Part shown: positions 45,870-54,809 of the stretch, piece by piece
Layout of the letters: every line of letters starts with the position of its first letter
How positions within the stretch are numbered: position 1 is the stretch's first letter
Assembly: GCA_964595725.1 (NCBI GenBank)
Contig: CAZQRQ010000006.1
Location: 22,165 to 86,164, forward strand
Length of the DNA: 64,000 nt
DNA from: an uncultured Rikenellaceae bacterium
GTDB lineage: Bacteria; Bacteroidota; Bacteroidia; Bacteroidales; VadinHA17
Direction of reading: 5' to 3'
Position numbers and translations under genes: made by a program
Notes under the pieces: model-generated
Seen by the model: the letters and a program-made list of their open reading frames with translations, nothing else
Told to the model about the DNA's origin: nothing
The model's database searches: none

Positions 45870-47030
45870 ATGGCAAGAAAAGGGCTGACTAAAGTAGATC
45901 TCATATTTGAGAATGTTGATGCACGGGCCGTGCTCGAGAAAGCTAACGAGATGACCACTGAGGAGATAATCGGGCAGATTCTTGAATCAGGTCTTAAAGG
46001 AAGAGGAGGGGCCGGATTTCCAACAGGTTTGAAGTGGAAATACTGCGCCGCAGAGAGTGATCCTGAAAAATATATTGTATGCAACGCCGATGAAGGTGAA
46101 CCCGGAACATTCAAGGACAGGGAGATCCTCGACCGTGTTTCGTACAAGGTTTACAGTGGAATGGCGATTGCCGGACTAGCGATAGGTGCCAAGGAAGGGA
46201 TAGTATACCTCAGGGGGGAGTATCGTTTCATGCTTTCAAAACTGTTATCGGAAGCCGAGAGGTTTCACCAGCTCCTTAAAGATATAGGTATGGATTTCAG
46301 GATAAGGTATTACCTGGGTAGTGGAGCATATATATGCGGCGAGGAGAGTGCCTTATTCGAATCAATCCAGGGCGAGAGGGGTGAACCAAGGAACAAGCCA
46401 CCTTACCCTACCTCATCAGGGGTATTCTTTAAACCCACTTCTATTAACAACGTTGAAACGCTGGTAACCGCAATGATGATCATTCATCATGGTGCATCAA
46501 AGTACAATCAGCTGGGGACACGCGACTCCCGGGGCTCTAAAGTATTTTCAGTATCAGGTGATACTCCCGTTCCGGGGATATATGAACTGGAACTGGGAAT
46601 GACGGTGCAGCAGTTTGTAAATGAATTTGGCGACGGGGATACCAAGGCCGTACAGGTAGGAGGCGCTTCAGGATTCTGCGTGCCCAGGAAGAAGTTCGGA
46701 GACACAATAATTGGATTTGAAGGGGTGCCGACTGGAGGCTCGATGAAGCTTTTTAACAGCTCCCGTTCCATGTATAACGTACTGCATAACTATCTCGATT
46801 TCTTCACTGAAGAGTCGTGCGGACAATGCACTCCATGCCGTGTTGGGTGCCAGGAGCTGCTGAAAGGAATTCAGAAGGTGAAAAAGAGGGAAGTCAATTC
46901 CCTTTACCTGAACGAGCTGATGAAGCTGGCCGATACCATGAAGATAGCTTCCAAATGTGGTCTGGGACAGTCTGTGGGAAATGCCTTCAGGTCAATTGTT
47001 GAGAATTTCAGGGAGGAAATAATTTATTAA
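45870..47030 (+). CDS. NuoF/HydB-like FMN- and NAD(H)-binding subunit, minimal form
   Basis: 386 aa. FMN motif GRGGAGFPTGLKW, NADH motif GSGAYICGEESAL, 4Fe-4S motif ESCGQCTPCRVG..CGLG. No extra ferredoxin or 2Fe-2S domains. Confidence 0.9.
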   Translation: MARKGLTKVDLIFENVDARAVLEKANEMTTEEIIGQILESGLKGRGGAGFPTGLKWKYCAAESDPEKYIVCNADEGEPGTFKDREILDRVSYKVYSGMAIAGLAIGAKEGIVYLRGEYRFMLSKLLSEAERFHQLLKDIGMDFRIRYYLGSGAYICGEESALFESIQGERGEPRNKPPYPTSSGVFFKPTSINNVETLVTAMMIIHHGASKYNQLGTRDSRGSKVFSVSGDTPVPGIYELELGMTVQQFVNEFGDGDTKAVQVGGASGFCVPRKKFGDTIIGFEGVPTGGSMKLFNSSRSMYNVLHNYLDFFTEESCGQCTPCRVGCQELLKGIQKVKKREVNSLYLNELMKLADTMKIASKCGLGQSVGNAFRSIVENFREEIIY

Positions 47031-47044
47031 AACAAGAAGACATC

Positions 47045-48826
47045 ATGATAAAGCTGACTATAAATGAACAAAAGATATCAGTAGAGCCGGGAACAACAGT
47101 CCTGGATGCAGCCAAGAGACTGAATATCACTATTCCTACATTATGCAACCATCCTGACCTCTGTGTCGCGGGTAACTGCCGCGTGTGTGTTGTCGAGCAG
47201 GTAGGTGCAAGAACGCTTATCGCAGCATGCGCAACACCGGCTTCTGAAGGGATGAATATAATGACCAACTCACTGAAAGTGCGTAACGCACGTAAGCATA
47301 TAGTTGAACTCCTTCTTGCCGAACATAACAGTGACTGTACAAAGTGCTACAAGAACCAGAAGTGTGAGCTTCAGAAACTGGCAAACGAATTTGCATTCGG
47401 CGACCATGTCCTGCTCGACCTGGTTGAAGACCATAATTACACGATAGACAGGTCATCTGCAGCATTTATAAAGGACGACAGTAAGTGTATCAGATGCCAG
47501 AGATGTGTGAGAACATGCTCAGAACTTCAGTATATTTCAGCTATCTCGGTGTCAAAAAAGGGAGCTCACCAGAAGATATCTTCCTTCCACGACAGGCCGA
47601 TGAGTCATGTCGTTTGCACTAACTGCGGCCAGTGTGTAATTCGCTGTCCTACTGGAGCACTCGTCGAGAAAACTTATATCGACTATGTCTGGGATGCAAT
47701 TTATGATTCAGACAAACATGTGGTGGTTCAAACAGCTCCGGCAGTAAGGGTTGCACTTGGTGAAGATCTCGGGTATGATCCCGGTGAGAGGGTTACAGGC
47801 AAACTGGTTACAGCCCTCAGACAACTTGGTTTTGACTCAGTACTCGATACTGATTTTTCCGCAGACCTAACAATTATGGAGGAGGGGACAGAGCTGCTGA
47901 CAAGGCTTAAGAGACTGCTGGTTGTCGGCGATACCAAGACATCAGTACCAATGTTTACTTCATGTTCTCCCGGATGGATTAAGTTTGTCGAGCACAAATA
48001 CCCGGAATTCCTTCCAAACCTTTCTACCTGCAAATCACCCCAGCAGATGTTCGGTGCACTGGCAAAAACCTATTTTGCCCAGAAAAAGGGAATCGATCCT
48101 TCAAAGATAGTATCAGTGTCGATAATGCCATGCACGGCCAAGAAATATGAGGCTGACAGGCCCGAGATGAGGGCAAGTGGTTATAAGGATGTCGATTATG
48201 TCCTCACCACCCGTGAGCTGGCAATAATGATAAAGCAGGCAGGTCTCGACTTCAGAACCCTTGAGCCGACTCATTATGATTCACTGATGGGCGATTCAAC
48301 AGGAGCAGGAGTAATATTTGGCGCTACGGGAGGTGTTATGGAAGCAGCTCTCAGAACGGCTTATGAGATCGTTACCGGCAAGGAAGTTCCGTTTAAGAAC
48401 CTTAATATTACACCGGTGAGAGGTCTTGAGGGAGTTAAGGAGGCTACCCTCAAGATCGAGGGATGCACAAAAGACTGGAAATTCCTCGAGGGAGCTGAAC
48501 TCAAAGTAGCAATTGCGCATGGCCTGACGAATGCCAATAAAATAATGAAACGTGTTAAGGAAGGTAAGTCATCTTACCATTTTATTGAGATAATGGCATG
48601 TCCCGGGGGGTGTATAGGTGGAGGTGGTCAGCCTATTCCTACCAGCCAGGAAATAAGGGAGAAACGTATCAAGGCCATATATGCCGAGGATGAAAATATG
48701 ACACTTCGCAAATCGCATGAAAATCCTGAAGTGATAGCCGTTTACAGGGATTTCCTTGAAAAGCCAAACAGCCATAAGGCTCATGAGCTTCTCCATACAC
48801 ATTATGTGGAGAGGGAACAGTACTGA
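47045..48826 (+). CDS. [FeFe] hydrogenase catalytic subunit (M3-type: 2Fe-2S, His-ligated 4Fe-4S, 2x4Fe-4S, H-domain)
   Basis: 593 aa. Accessory cluster motifs HNSDCTKCYKNQKC, CIRCQRCVRTC and CTNCGQCVIRCP. H-cluster motifs L1 TSCSPGW (non-canonical), L2 MPCTAKKYE and L3 EIMACPGGCIGGGGQP. Confidence 0.9.
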   Translation: MIKLTINEQKISVEPGTTVLDAAKRLNITIPTLCNHPDLCVAGNCRVCVVEQVGARTLIAACATPASEGMNIMTNSLKVRNARKHIVELLLAEHNSDCTKCYKNQKCELQKLANEFAFGDHVLLDLVEDHNYTIDRSSAAFIKDDSKCIRCQRCVRTCSELQYISAISVSKKGAHQKISSFHDRPMSHVVCTNCGQCVIRCPTGALVEKTYIDYVWDAIYDSDKHVVVQTAPAVRVALGEDLGYDPGERVTGKLVTALRQLGFDSVLDTDFSADLTIMEEGTELLTRLKRLLVVGDTKTSVPMFTSCSPGWIKFVEHKYPEFLPNLSTCKSPQQMFGALAKTYFAQKKGIDPSKIVSVSIMPCTAKKYEADRPEMRASGYKDVDYVLTTRELAIMIKQAGLDFRTLEPTHYDSLMGDSTGAGVIFGATGGVMEAALRTAYEIVTGKEVPFKNLNITPVRGLEGVKEATLKIEGCTKDWKFLEGAELKVAIAHGLTNANKIMKRVKEGKSSYHFIEIMACPGGCIGGGGQPIPTSQEIREKRIKAIYAEDENMTLRKSHENPEVIAVYRDFLEKPNSHKAHELLHTHYVEREQY

Positions 48827-48827
48827 A

Positions 48828-48856
48828 AAAAGCCGGGGAACCGGCTTTTCTTTATC
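48828..48856. terminator. bidirectional intrinsic terminator hairpin between convergent genes
   Basis: AAAAGCCGG-GGAA-CCGGCTTTT: a 9-bp stem and 4-nt loop, with an A-tract upstream and a T-tract downstream. It starts immediately after the hydrogenase stop codon. Confidence 0.6.
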
Positions 48857-48859
48857 TTA

Positions 48860-48882
48860 TGGTTTACTGGTTTACTGGTTTG
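48860..48882. repeat. short tandem repeat TGGTTTAC x2 plus a partial third unit
   Basis: Read directly. It lies between the terminator hairpin and the stop of the convergent flavoprotein gene. Confidence 0.5.
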
Positions 48883-48885
48883 AGG

Positions 48886-49458
48886 CTATTGTATCTTTTC
48901 TGCCAGCCATGCAATATTTTCGCCCAGCTTTTGCATGGTCTTTATTCCCTCCTCGTCACTGAGTACCTCTCCTTTTTCCCGTCCTATTCCTATGTTCCAG
49001 TAGGAGGAGCCAGGTATTATCATCTCGTTTATAAGGAAGAAATGATTGATTGTGTCCAGTGCATGCATGGCACCTGTTCGTCTTACTGCTATTACCGCGG
49101 CGCCTATCTTCCTTCTCAGGGCATTACCTGCTCCCCGGATCGCATACCCGGCAATGTCTATCAGGGCTTTGGTCTCGGTCGTGACATCTGAAAAGTAGAC
49201 AGGTGAACCGATAAGTATGATGTCTGCCTTAAGCATTTTTTTTATGCATTTGTTCAGGAAATCATTCTCCTGATGACATTGCCCGTCACCCTTCTTCCGG
49301 CATTTCATGCAGGCAACGCACCCGTGTACATCCTTGCCTCCAATACGTATTATTTCTGTAGTGATGCCCTTGTTTTCAAGTACTTTGAGAACTTCGCCAA
49401 GGAGTAATTCTGTATTGCCGCCCTTTCTTGAACTTCCGTTAAATGCAACTGCCTTCAT
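48886..49458 (-). CDS. flavodoxin-fold FMN protein with compact Cys cluster (iron-sulfur flavoprotein Isf-like / NAD(P)H-dependent FMN reductase family)
   Basis: 190 aa with MKAVAFNGSSRKGGNT, CVACMKC-x7-C and IGSPVYF motifs. Confidence 0.75.
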   Translation of the reverse strand: MKAVAFNGSSRKGGNTELLLGEVLKVLENKGITTEIIRIGGKDVHGCVACMKCRKKGDGQCHQENDFLNKCIKKMLKADIILIGSPVYFSDVTTETKALIDIAGYAIRGAGNALRRKIGAAVIAVRRTGAMHALDTINHFFLINEMIIPGSSYWNIGIGREKGEVLSDEEGIKTMQKLGENIAWLAEKIQ

Positions 49459-49527
49459 GAATATTTAGTTTCTTGCGAATATACAACAATATTGAGAAAA
49501 GAGAGGGAAAAGAGTAGATGGGACGAT

Positions 49528-50454
49528 TTAAGAATCATCACCGGAGCTCTCAAGTTCTTCGTCCAGCCTCGGCTTTGCATATAGATCCTCAACCCGGACC
49601 CTGCCCCCATTGTCCTCTCCATAAACAGGAAGTACGACATCATCTTCGCGTGCTTTACCGTTAAAGTACAGAATATAGGCAAAGATCGGAAGGAGCGGAA
49701 GAGTAAGTGCATTAACTGCCGATGACAGGAAAAGGAAGATCGGATCAGTCGTCAGACTCATGATCCTGGATGTGTCTTCCGGGTTTGCCATGGTCTTGAT
49801 GAAACTCCCTGCGAAAGGTATCAGGACGATACCGGACAGGACTATTGATACTATGATCATCAGTATCAGGAAAACAGCCGTCCATCCCATGTTTAACCAG
49901 AAATTGGTATGCGATAGCTTCACTACTCTCGTGATGCTGTTCCCGATGTTCGTATCCTCAACCATCATCACCGGGAGGATAAACATGGATATCATGGCTA
50001 TGTATGTTATAGAAAAGAAAACTCCTATTATAAGAACAAAAATACCCAGTATTACCGCTATAGAACCCACAAAAGCGAGAATGATCATTAATACAATATA
50101 GGGCAGGAAGTATTTAAGCGACTTAATGATACATATAAAAATATTACACTGAGGATAGATGGGTTTATGAAGAACGTAATAATGAAGTATGGTTGTAAAG
50201 AGGAGGCTTACAACCGTTATTATCAGCATCGGAACCAGCATTGCTTTAAACTTCTCCAGGATAAGTTCTATATCAGTGGTCGTCTGCAGATCCTTGAAAT
50301 CAATGAACATTGTGGCATATTGCTGTACCAGCGACATTCCCAGGGAAATGAGGAATAGGGCTACAAATCTGGTCTTATAAAATTCCCAGAGGGCATTCAT
50401 AGCACTGTCAATGTTATGTTTCCGGTATAGAGGATGTTCCTTTATCTGCTCCAT
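49528..50454 (-). CDS. hypothetical polytopic membrane protein
   Basis: 308 aa with about six hydrophobic helices and an acidic C-terminal tail. No motif recognised. Confidence 0.55.
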   Translation of the reverse strand: MEQIKEHPLYRKHNIDSAMNALWEFYKTRFVALFLISLGMSLVQQYATMFIDFKDLQTTTDIELILEKFKAMLVPMLIITVVSLLFTTILHYYVLHKPIYPQCNIFICIIKSLKYFLPYIVLMIILAFVGSIAVILGIFVLIIGVFFSITYIAMISMFILPVMMVEDTNIGNSITRVVKLSHTNFWLNMGWTAVFLILMIIVSIVLSGIVLIPFAGSFIKTMANPEDTSRIMSLTTDPIFLFLSSAVNALTLPLLPIFAYILYFNGKAREDDVVLPVYGEDNGGRVRVEDLYAKPRLDEELESSGDDS

Positions 50455-50630
50455 TTTTTACTGATAATTCTTTATGGTTCAAAGATAATCTTTATTGTCA
50501 ACCAATAAAACAAAAATTAGGTTAAAGGTTAGGCCAGGTATAGGTGTGTAATTAAGCTGGCACTAAGGTGCCGGGAGCATGATTATCATTCCGTCAGACT
50601 GTCAGCCCGTAAATTCGCCGACCCTTTTAC

Positions 50631-53621
50631 TTACTCCAGTATTTCAAGTATCTGGTCTATATCAATATCCCTTAACGGGTTGTTGCTTCTGACAAATGCG
50701 TCGGCGAGGTTTGACTTTTTCTCCTGGAGCCTTATTATTTTCTCCTCTATGCTGCCAGTCGAAATGTACCGATATACGAAGACACTCTTGTCCTGGCCTA
50801 TCCTGTGTGCCCTGTTGAGTGCCTGTATCTCTGCGGCAGGATTCCACCACGGGTCGAGAATAAACACATAATCTGCTGCCGTAAGGTTAAGGCCTACTCC
50901 ACCGGCCTTAAGCGAGATAAGAAAGACCCTGTTTAGCGAATCATTCTGAAAACCGTTAACGATTTTTTCCCTGTTTACACTTGCACCGGTGAGGATGGAA
51001 TATCTGATTCTTTTCCTCGCCAAGACATCGGAATATAATTCCAGGTGTTTTACAAAGGATGAAAATACCAGTATCTTATGACCTTCTGAAATCACACTCT
51101 CAATATCGTGCAGAACAGTCTCGAACTTTCCCGATCCGGCAGCAGAATCTTCGTATGCCATTACCGGATGGTTCGAGATCTGCCTCAGCTTCATCAGTCC
51201 CTGTAAGACCACAATGGCTGATTTCTCCAGGCCTGAAGATTCATGGTTTTTAAGTATGCTGTTCCGTATCGATGATTTTTCTTTTTCGTAGATCTCTCCC
51301 TGCTCATCTGTCATATCGCAATAAACAGTCTGCTCCGAGACAGGAGGGAGGTCCTGTGCAACCATTTCCTTGGTTCTTCTGAGTATAAAGGGTTTTATTA
51401 TTTTCCTGAGCTGTAACTCTTTGTCATCGTCCTTCTTCTTTTCTATCGGTTTCGCATATTCTCTCCTGAAAAATGCAAGGCTGCCCAGCAGGCCCGGATT
51501 CACAAAATTAAGCTGCGTCCAGAGGTCTGTGAGAGAATTTTCCACCGGGGTTCCTGTAAGGACCAGGCGGTAATCTGATTTAAGACGTGTGACTGTTTTG
51601 AATATCTGTGATGCTGGATTCTTTATTACCTGGCTCTCGTCGAGTATTACGTAGTGGAACAGGAACTGTGAAAAAATGTCAATATCCTGTCGAACAGTAT
51701 GATAACTTGAAAGGATTATGTCAAAATGATAGAAATATGAGACTGATTTACGTCGCTGGTTACCCTTATGAGAATATACTTTCATGCCGGGAGCAAATCT
51801 TCTGATCTCATTCTCCCAGTTATAAAGAAGTGATGCCGGTACTACAATAAGTGATGTGAGTTTCTGCACCGGGGCATCGAACAGGGTCTGGTTGCCGGGA
51901 ATTTCCTTTCCGTCTGTCCCGTTATTATTTTCTTTGTTATGGATCAGGAGGGCAATAGTCTGCACAGTTTTCCCGAGACCCATATCATCAGCCAGGCATC
52001 CACCGAGGTTGGCTGACTGTAGCCAGTGTATCCAGCTGAGGCCATCAAGCTGGTACTTTCTCATTTTACAGGCAAGGCCCGAAGGTGTAGCAAGGGTAAC
52101 AATATTTTCAGGAATCAGCATTTTTTCCAGCTGCCCGCAATCAATGCATTCCTTTTCATCAAATGTATCCGACAGCAATGAGAAATGCTGCTTGTGGATT
52201 AGGAGGGAGCTGTCCCTGTCCATCCCGAATTCAAAGATACTCTTATACTTGGTGAACCAGGCTTCCGGCAGTATGCAGACCGACCCATCGGGTAGCTCAT
52301 ATTCCCTTATGCCATTGAGAATATTCTTCCTGAACCTTACGAAAGGGATTTCGAATCTCCCGACTCTTACAGTCGCCTGAAGATCGAACCAGTCGTCGAT
52401 CAACTGGTGACTAATTATAACTGATACACTATTAATATTATATCTTGTGTCGAGCCGCGTTGTATTGACTGTGAAACCGGCACCGGTCAGATCCTCAAGG
52501 TTGGAGCTGACAGTCTCCAGGGTCCTGTAAAGGTCATTTTTCCTGTCTCCCGACAATCCGTCCAAAAAGTAATTTACGTCATCGTCAGAAAAAAAACCGA
52601 ATTCACCCAGCAGTCTTGCTTTATCTGCTTCCCAGTCATAATCCCTGTAGTATTTGCTGAAAACAAAATGCCCGTTATCATTTTCGAAATGTGTGAAAGA
52701 CTGGGCATCATCATTCGGATATATAATACTCCCGGAGTAATTGAAACTCAATATGACAACAGGTGTTCCATCCATGCCGATCTCGAGATCCAGCATCGCT
52801 TCTTTTTCGGGTAGAAGTTCTTTTATCTCAAACCCGGTACCTTCAACCTTAAACCTGTTGATAGCATTAAGTACGAAACTGGAAAAGTACTTTATCTCTG
52901 CATTCTTGGGAATTAAAATATTCTCCCTGTTAAAGAAGGGCCTGAGTTTGGACCCGTCGATATCATTTATGAATATTACCTTGTTGTCGTCCCTTATCAT
53001 GCACGGGTTATCGCACAGTATTTCACTTGTCCCTTTTTTCAGGCTTATAATAATACCGCCGAAATCAATCTTAAGGCTGTAAGTGCTCTGTGTGTCATTC
53101 CTGTTAAATACAAAAAGAGGGTGAGCGGATTCCCCGGTCAGATCGAGCATATCCTCTTCGTGAATTGTACTTATCTTTGACTTCTGGAGGTAAACCGGCA
53201 GCGCTTCATCCCTGGCAATACTGAAACATTTGTAAAGACGGGTCTCAATATAAGGACGGATATCACTTTCAATTTTTTCAGTATCGACCTTCTCAAGAAA
53301 TTCCTTAACTGTCTTGTTTTTAGAGAAAAGCTTAAAGAGATTGCGATCGGTATATTCGTTTATGACAGAGACAACTTCCCTTTCTTCGGGCGCGAGTGTG
53401 CTTAAAGTATCAATATTCGGGAAAGGGGTCAATACCTCGAAAAGCCTGTAGTATGTCCTGTTAGTATCATTGACTACTATATACGGAACAAGTATTGTAC
53501 CCCAAAGCCTGTGTTGGGTCAGTATCAGTGCAAAGAGCCTGTTTTTTTTCTGGGAAACCGTTTCCAAAAGTCTTGAAAAAGTATATTCATGCAAGATGCT
53601 AAATGCCACCGTGATTTCCAA
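50631..53621 (-). CDS. SNF2-family DEAD/DEAH-box helicase/translocase with a large uncharacterised N-terminal region
   Basis: 996 aa. Helicase motifs LADDMGLGKTVQ (I), LDESQVIKN (II), LTGTPVEN (III), QALNRAHRIGQ (VI). The first ~520 aa have no motif I recognise. Confidence 0.85.
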   Translation of the reverse strand: MEITVAFSILHEYTFSRLLETVSQKKNRLFALILTQHRLWGTILVPYIVVNDTNRTYYRLFEVLTPFPNIDTLSTLAPEEREVVSVINEYTDRNLFKLFSKNKTVKEFLEKVDTEKIESDIRPYIETRLYKCFSIARDEALPVYLQKSKISTIHEEDMLDLTGESAHPLFVFNRNDTQSTYSLKIDFGGIIISLKKGTSEILCDNPCMIRDDNKVIFINDIDGSKLRPFFNRENILIPKNAEIKYFSSFVLNAINRFKVEGTGFEIKELLPEKEAMLDLEIGMDGTPVVILSFNYSGSIIYPNDDAQSFTHFENDNGHFVFSKYYRDYDWEADKARLLGEFGFFSDDDVNYFLDGLSGDRKNDLYRTLETVSSNLEDLTGAGFTVNTTRLDTRYNINSVSVIISHQLIDDWFDLQATVRVGRFEIPFVRFRKNILNGIREYELPDGSVCILPEAWFTKYKSIFEFGMDRDSSLLIHKQHFSLLSDTFDEKECIDCGQLEKMLIPENIVTLATPSGLACKMRKYQLDGLSWIHWLQSANLGGCLADDMGLGKTVQTIALLIHNKENNNGTDGKEIPGNQTLFDAPVQKLTSLIVVPASLLYNWENEIRRFAPGMKVYSHKGNQRRKSVSYFYHFDIILSSYHTVRQDIDIFSQFLFHYVILDESQVIKNPASQIFKTVTRLKSDYRLVLTGTPVENSLTDLWTQLNFVNPGLLGSLAFFRREYAKPIEKKKDDDKELQLRKIIKPFILRRTKEMVAQDLPPVSEQTVYCDMTDEQGEIYEKEKSSIRNSILKNHESSGLEKSAIVVLQGLMKLRQISNHPVMAYEDSAAGSGKFETVLHDIESVISEGHKILVFSSFVKHLELYSDVLARKRIRYSILTGASVNREKIVNGFQNDSLNRVFLISLKAGGVGLNLTAADYVFILDPWWNPAAEIQALNRAHRIGQDKSVFVYRYISTGSIEEKIIRLQEKKSNLADAFVRSNNPLRDIDIDQILEILE

Positions 53622-53717
53622 ATAGTAAATGATTAAAAATTACAGGTTCTGAAGGTTGATTCCTGGTCTGTTAAAAACTCCTAACTTTAAGCATTCTAGT
53701 CAGCCCATGCACTTGCT

Positions 53718-54785
53718 ATGAGGAAAATAATCCATATTGACATGGATGCCTTCTTTGCTTCTGTTGAACAGCTTGACAACCCGGAGCTCAGGGGTAAGCC
53801 TGTCGCTGTTGGAGGGAGCAGCGAGAGGAGTGTCGTGGCTGCTGCAAGCTATGAAGCCAGGAAATTCGGGGTGAGATCTGCAATGCCATCCGTAACTGCA
53901 AAGAGGTTATGCCCGGAACTGATCTTTGTCCGTCATCATTTCGACAGATACCAGGAATTATCACAGCAGGTATTTGATATATTCAGAGAGTATTCTGATC
54001 TGGTTGAGCCATTATCTATTGATGAAGCATTCCTGGATGTTACTACAGACAGGAAGAATATTGGTTCAGCGACACTTATTGCAGGGGCTATAAAGGAAGA
54101 GATAAAGGAGAAGACCGGGCTGACTGCCTCTGCAGGTGTCTCTGTAAACAAATTCCTCGCCAAGATCGCCTCTGATATTAACAAGCCCGACGGATTATAT
54201 GTTATCCTGCCTGAGGATGCGGAAAAATTCATTGAGACTCTTCCTGTCGAGCGATTTTACGGCATTGGAAGGGTTACCGCTGAAAAAATGCACAGGCTCG
54301 GTATTCATACGGGAAATGATCTCAGGATGGCGGATCGTCTTTCTCTTATACGTAATTTCGGAAAGAGCGGACTCTTCTTTTACGATATTGTCAGAGGGAT
54401 AGACAACAGGCCCGTTGAAGTGTCGCAGGAAAGGAAATCAATAGGTACTGAATACACTTTTGAGAAAGACCTGGTCACTACATTTGAGATTGTGGCCGAG
54501 TTATATAAAATTGAAAAGGAGTTAATGAACAGAATTGAAGATGCCGGGACTACCGGAAGGACAGTGACCCTGAAGGTCAAGTTCGCCGATTTCAGGCAGA
54601 TCACCAGGAGTAAAACCCTCCCTTACTATATAAGGAAATTCGATTCCCTGCATCAAGAAGTAACCAATATCCGTAAAAAACTTGATCTGAAAGGATCACG
54701 GATAAGATTACTGGGAGTAACAGTGTCTAATCTTGAAAATGATGATACCGACGATCCTCAGCTTCACCTCTTTGAGGAACTGTAA
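53718..54785 (+). CDS. dinB: DNA polymerase IV (Y-family)
   Basis: 355 aa with IIHIDMDAFFASVEQ and SIDEAFLDVT motifs. Confidence 0.95.
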   Translation: MRKIIHIDMDAFFASVEQLDNPELRGKPVAVGGSSERSVVAAASYEARKFGVRSAMPSVTAKRLCPELIFVRHHFDRYQELSQQVFDIFREYSDLVEPLSIDEAFLDVTTDRKNIGSATLIAGAIKEEIKEKTGLTASAGVSVNKFLAKIASDINKPDGLYVILPEDAEKFIETLPVERFYGIGRVTAEKMHRLGIHTGNDLRMADRLSLIRNFGKSGLFFYDIVRGIDNRPVEVSQERKSIGTEYTFEKDLVTTFEIVAELYKIEKELMNRIEDAGTTGRTVTLKVKFADFRQITRSKTLPYYIRKFDSLHQEVTNIRKKLDLKGSRIRLLGVTVSNLENDDTDDPQLHLFEEL

Positions 54786-54809
54786 ACAGGGAATTGCCGA
54801 CCATTCGGT

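Noticed and set aside
45380-46147. 255-aa ORF on the minus strand
   Set aside because: It lies entirely antisense to the well-supported NuoE-like and NuoF-like genes. Its translation is low-complexity (S/L/P-rich) with no motif. It is a shadow ORF.
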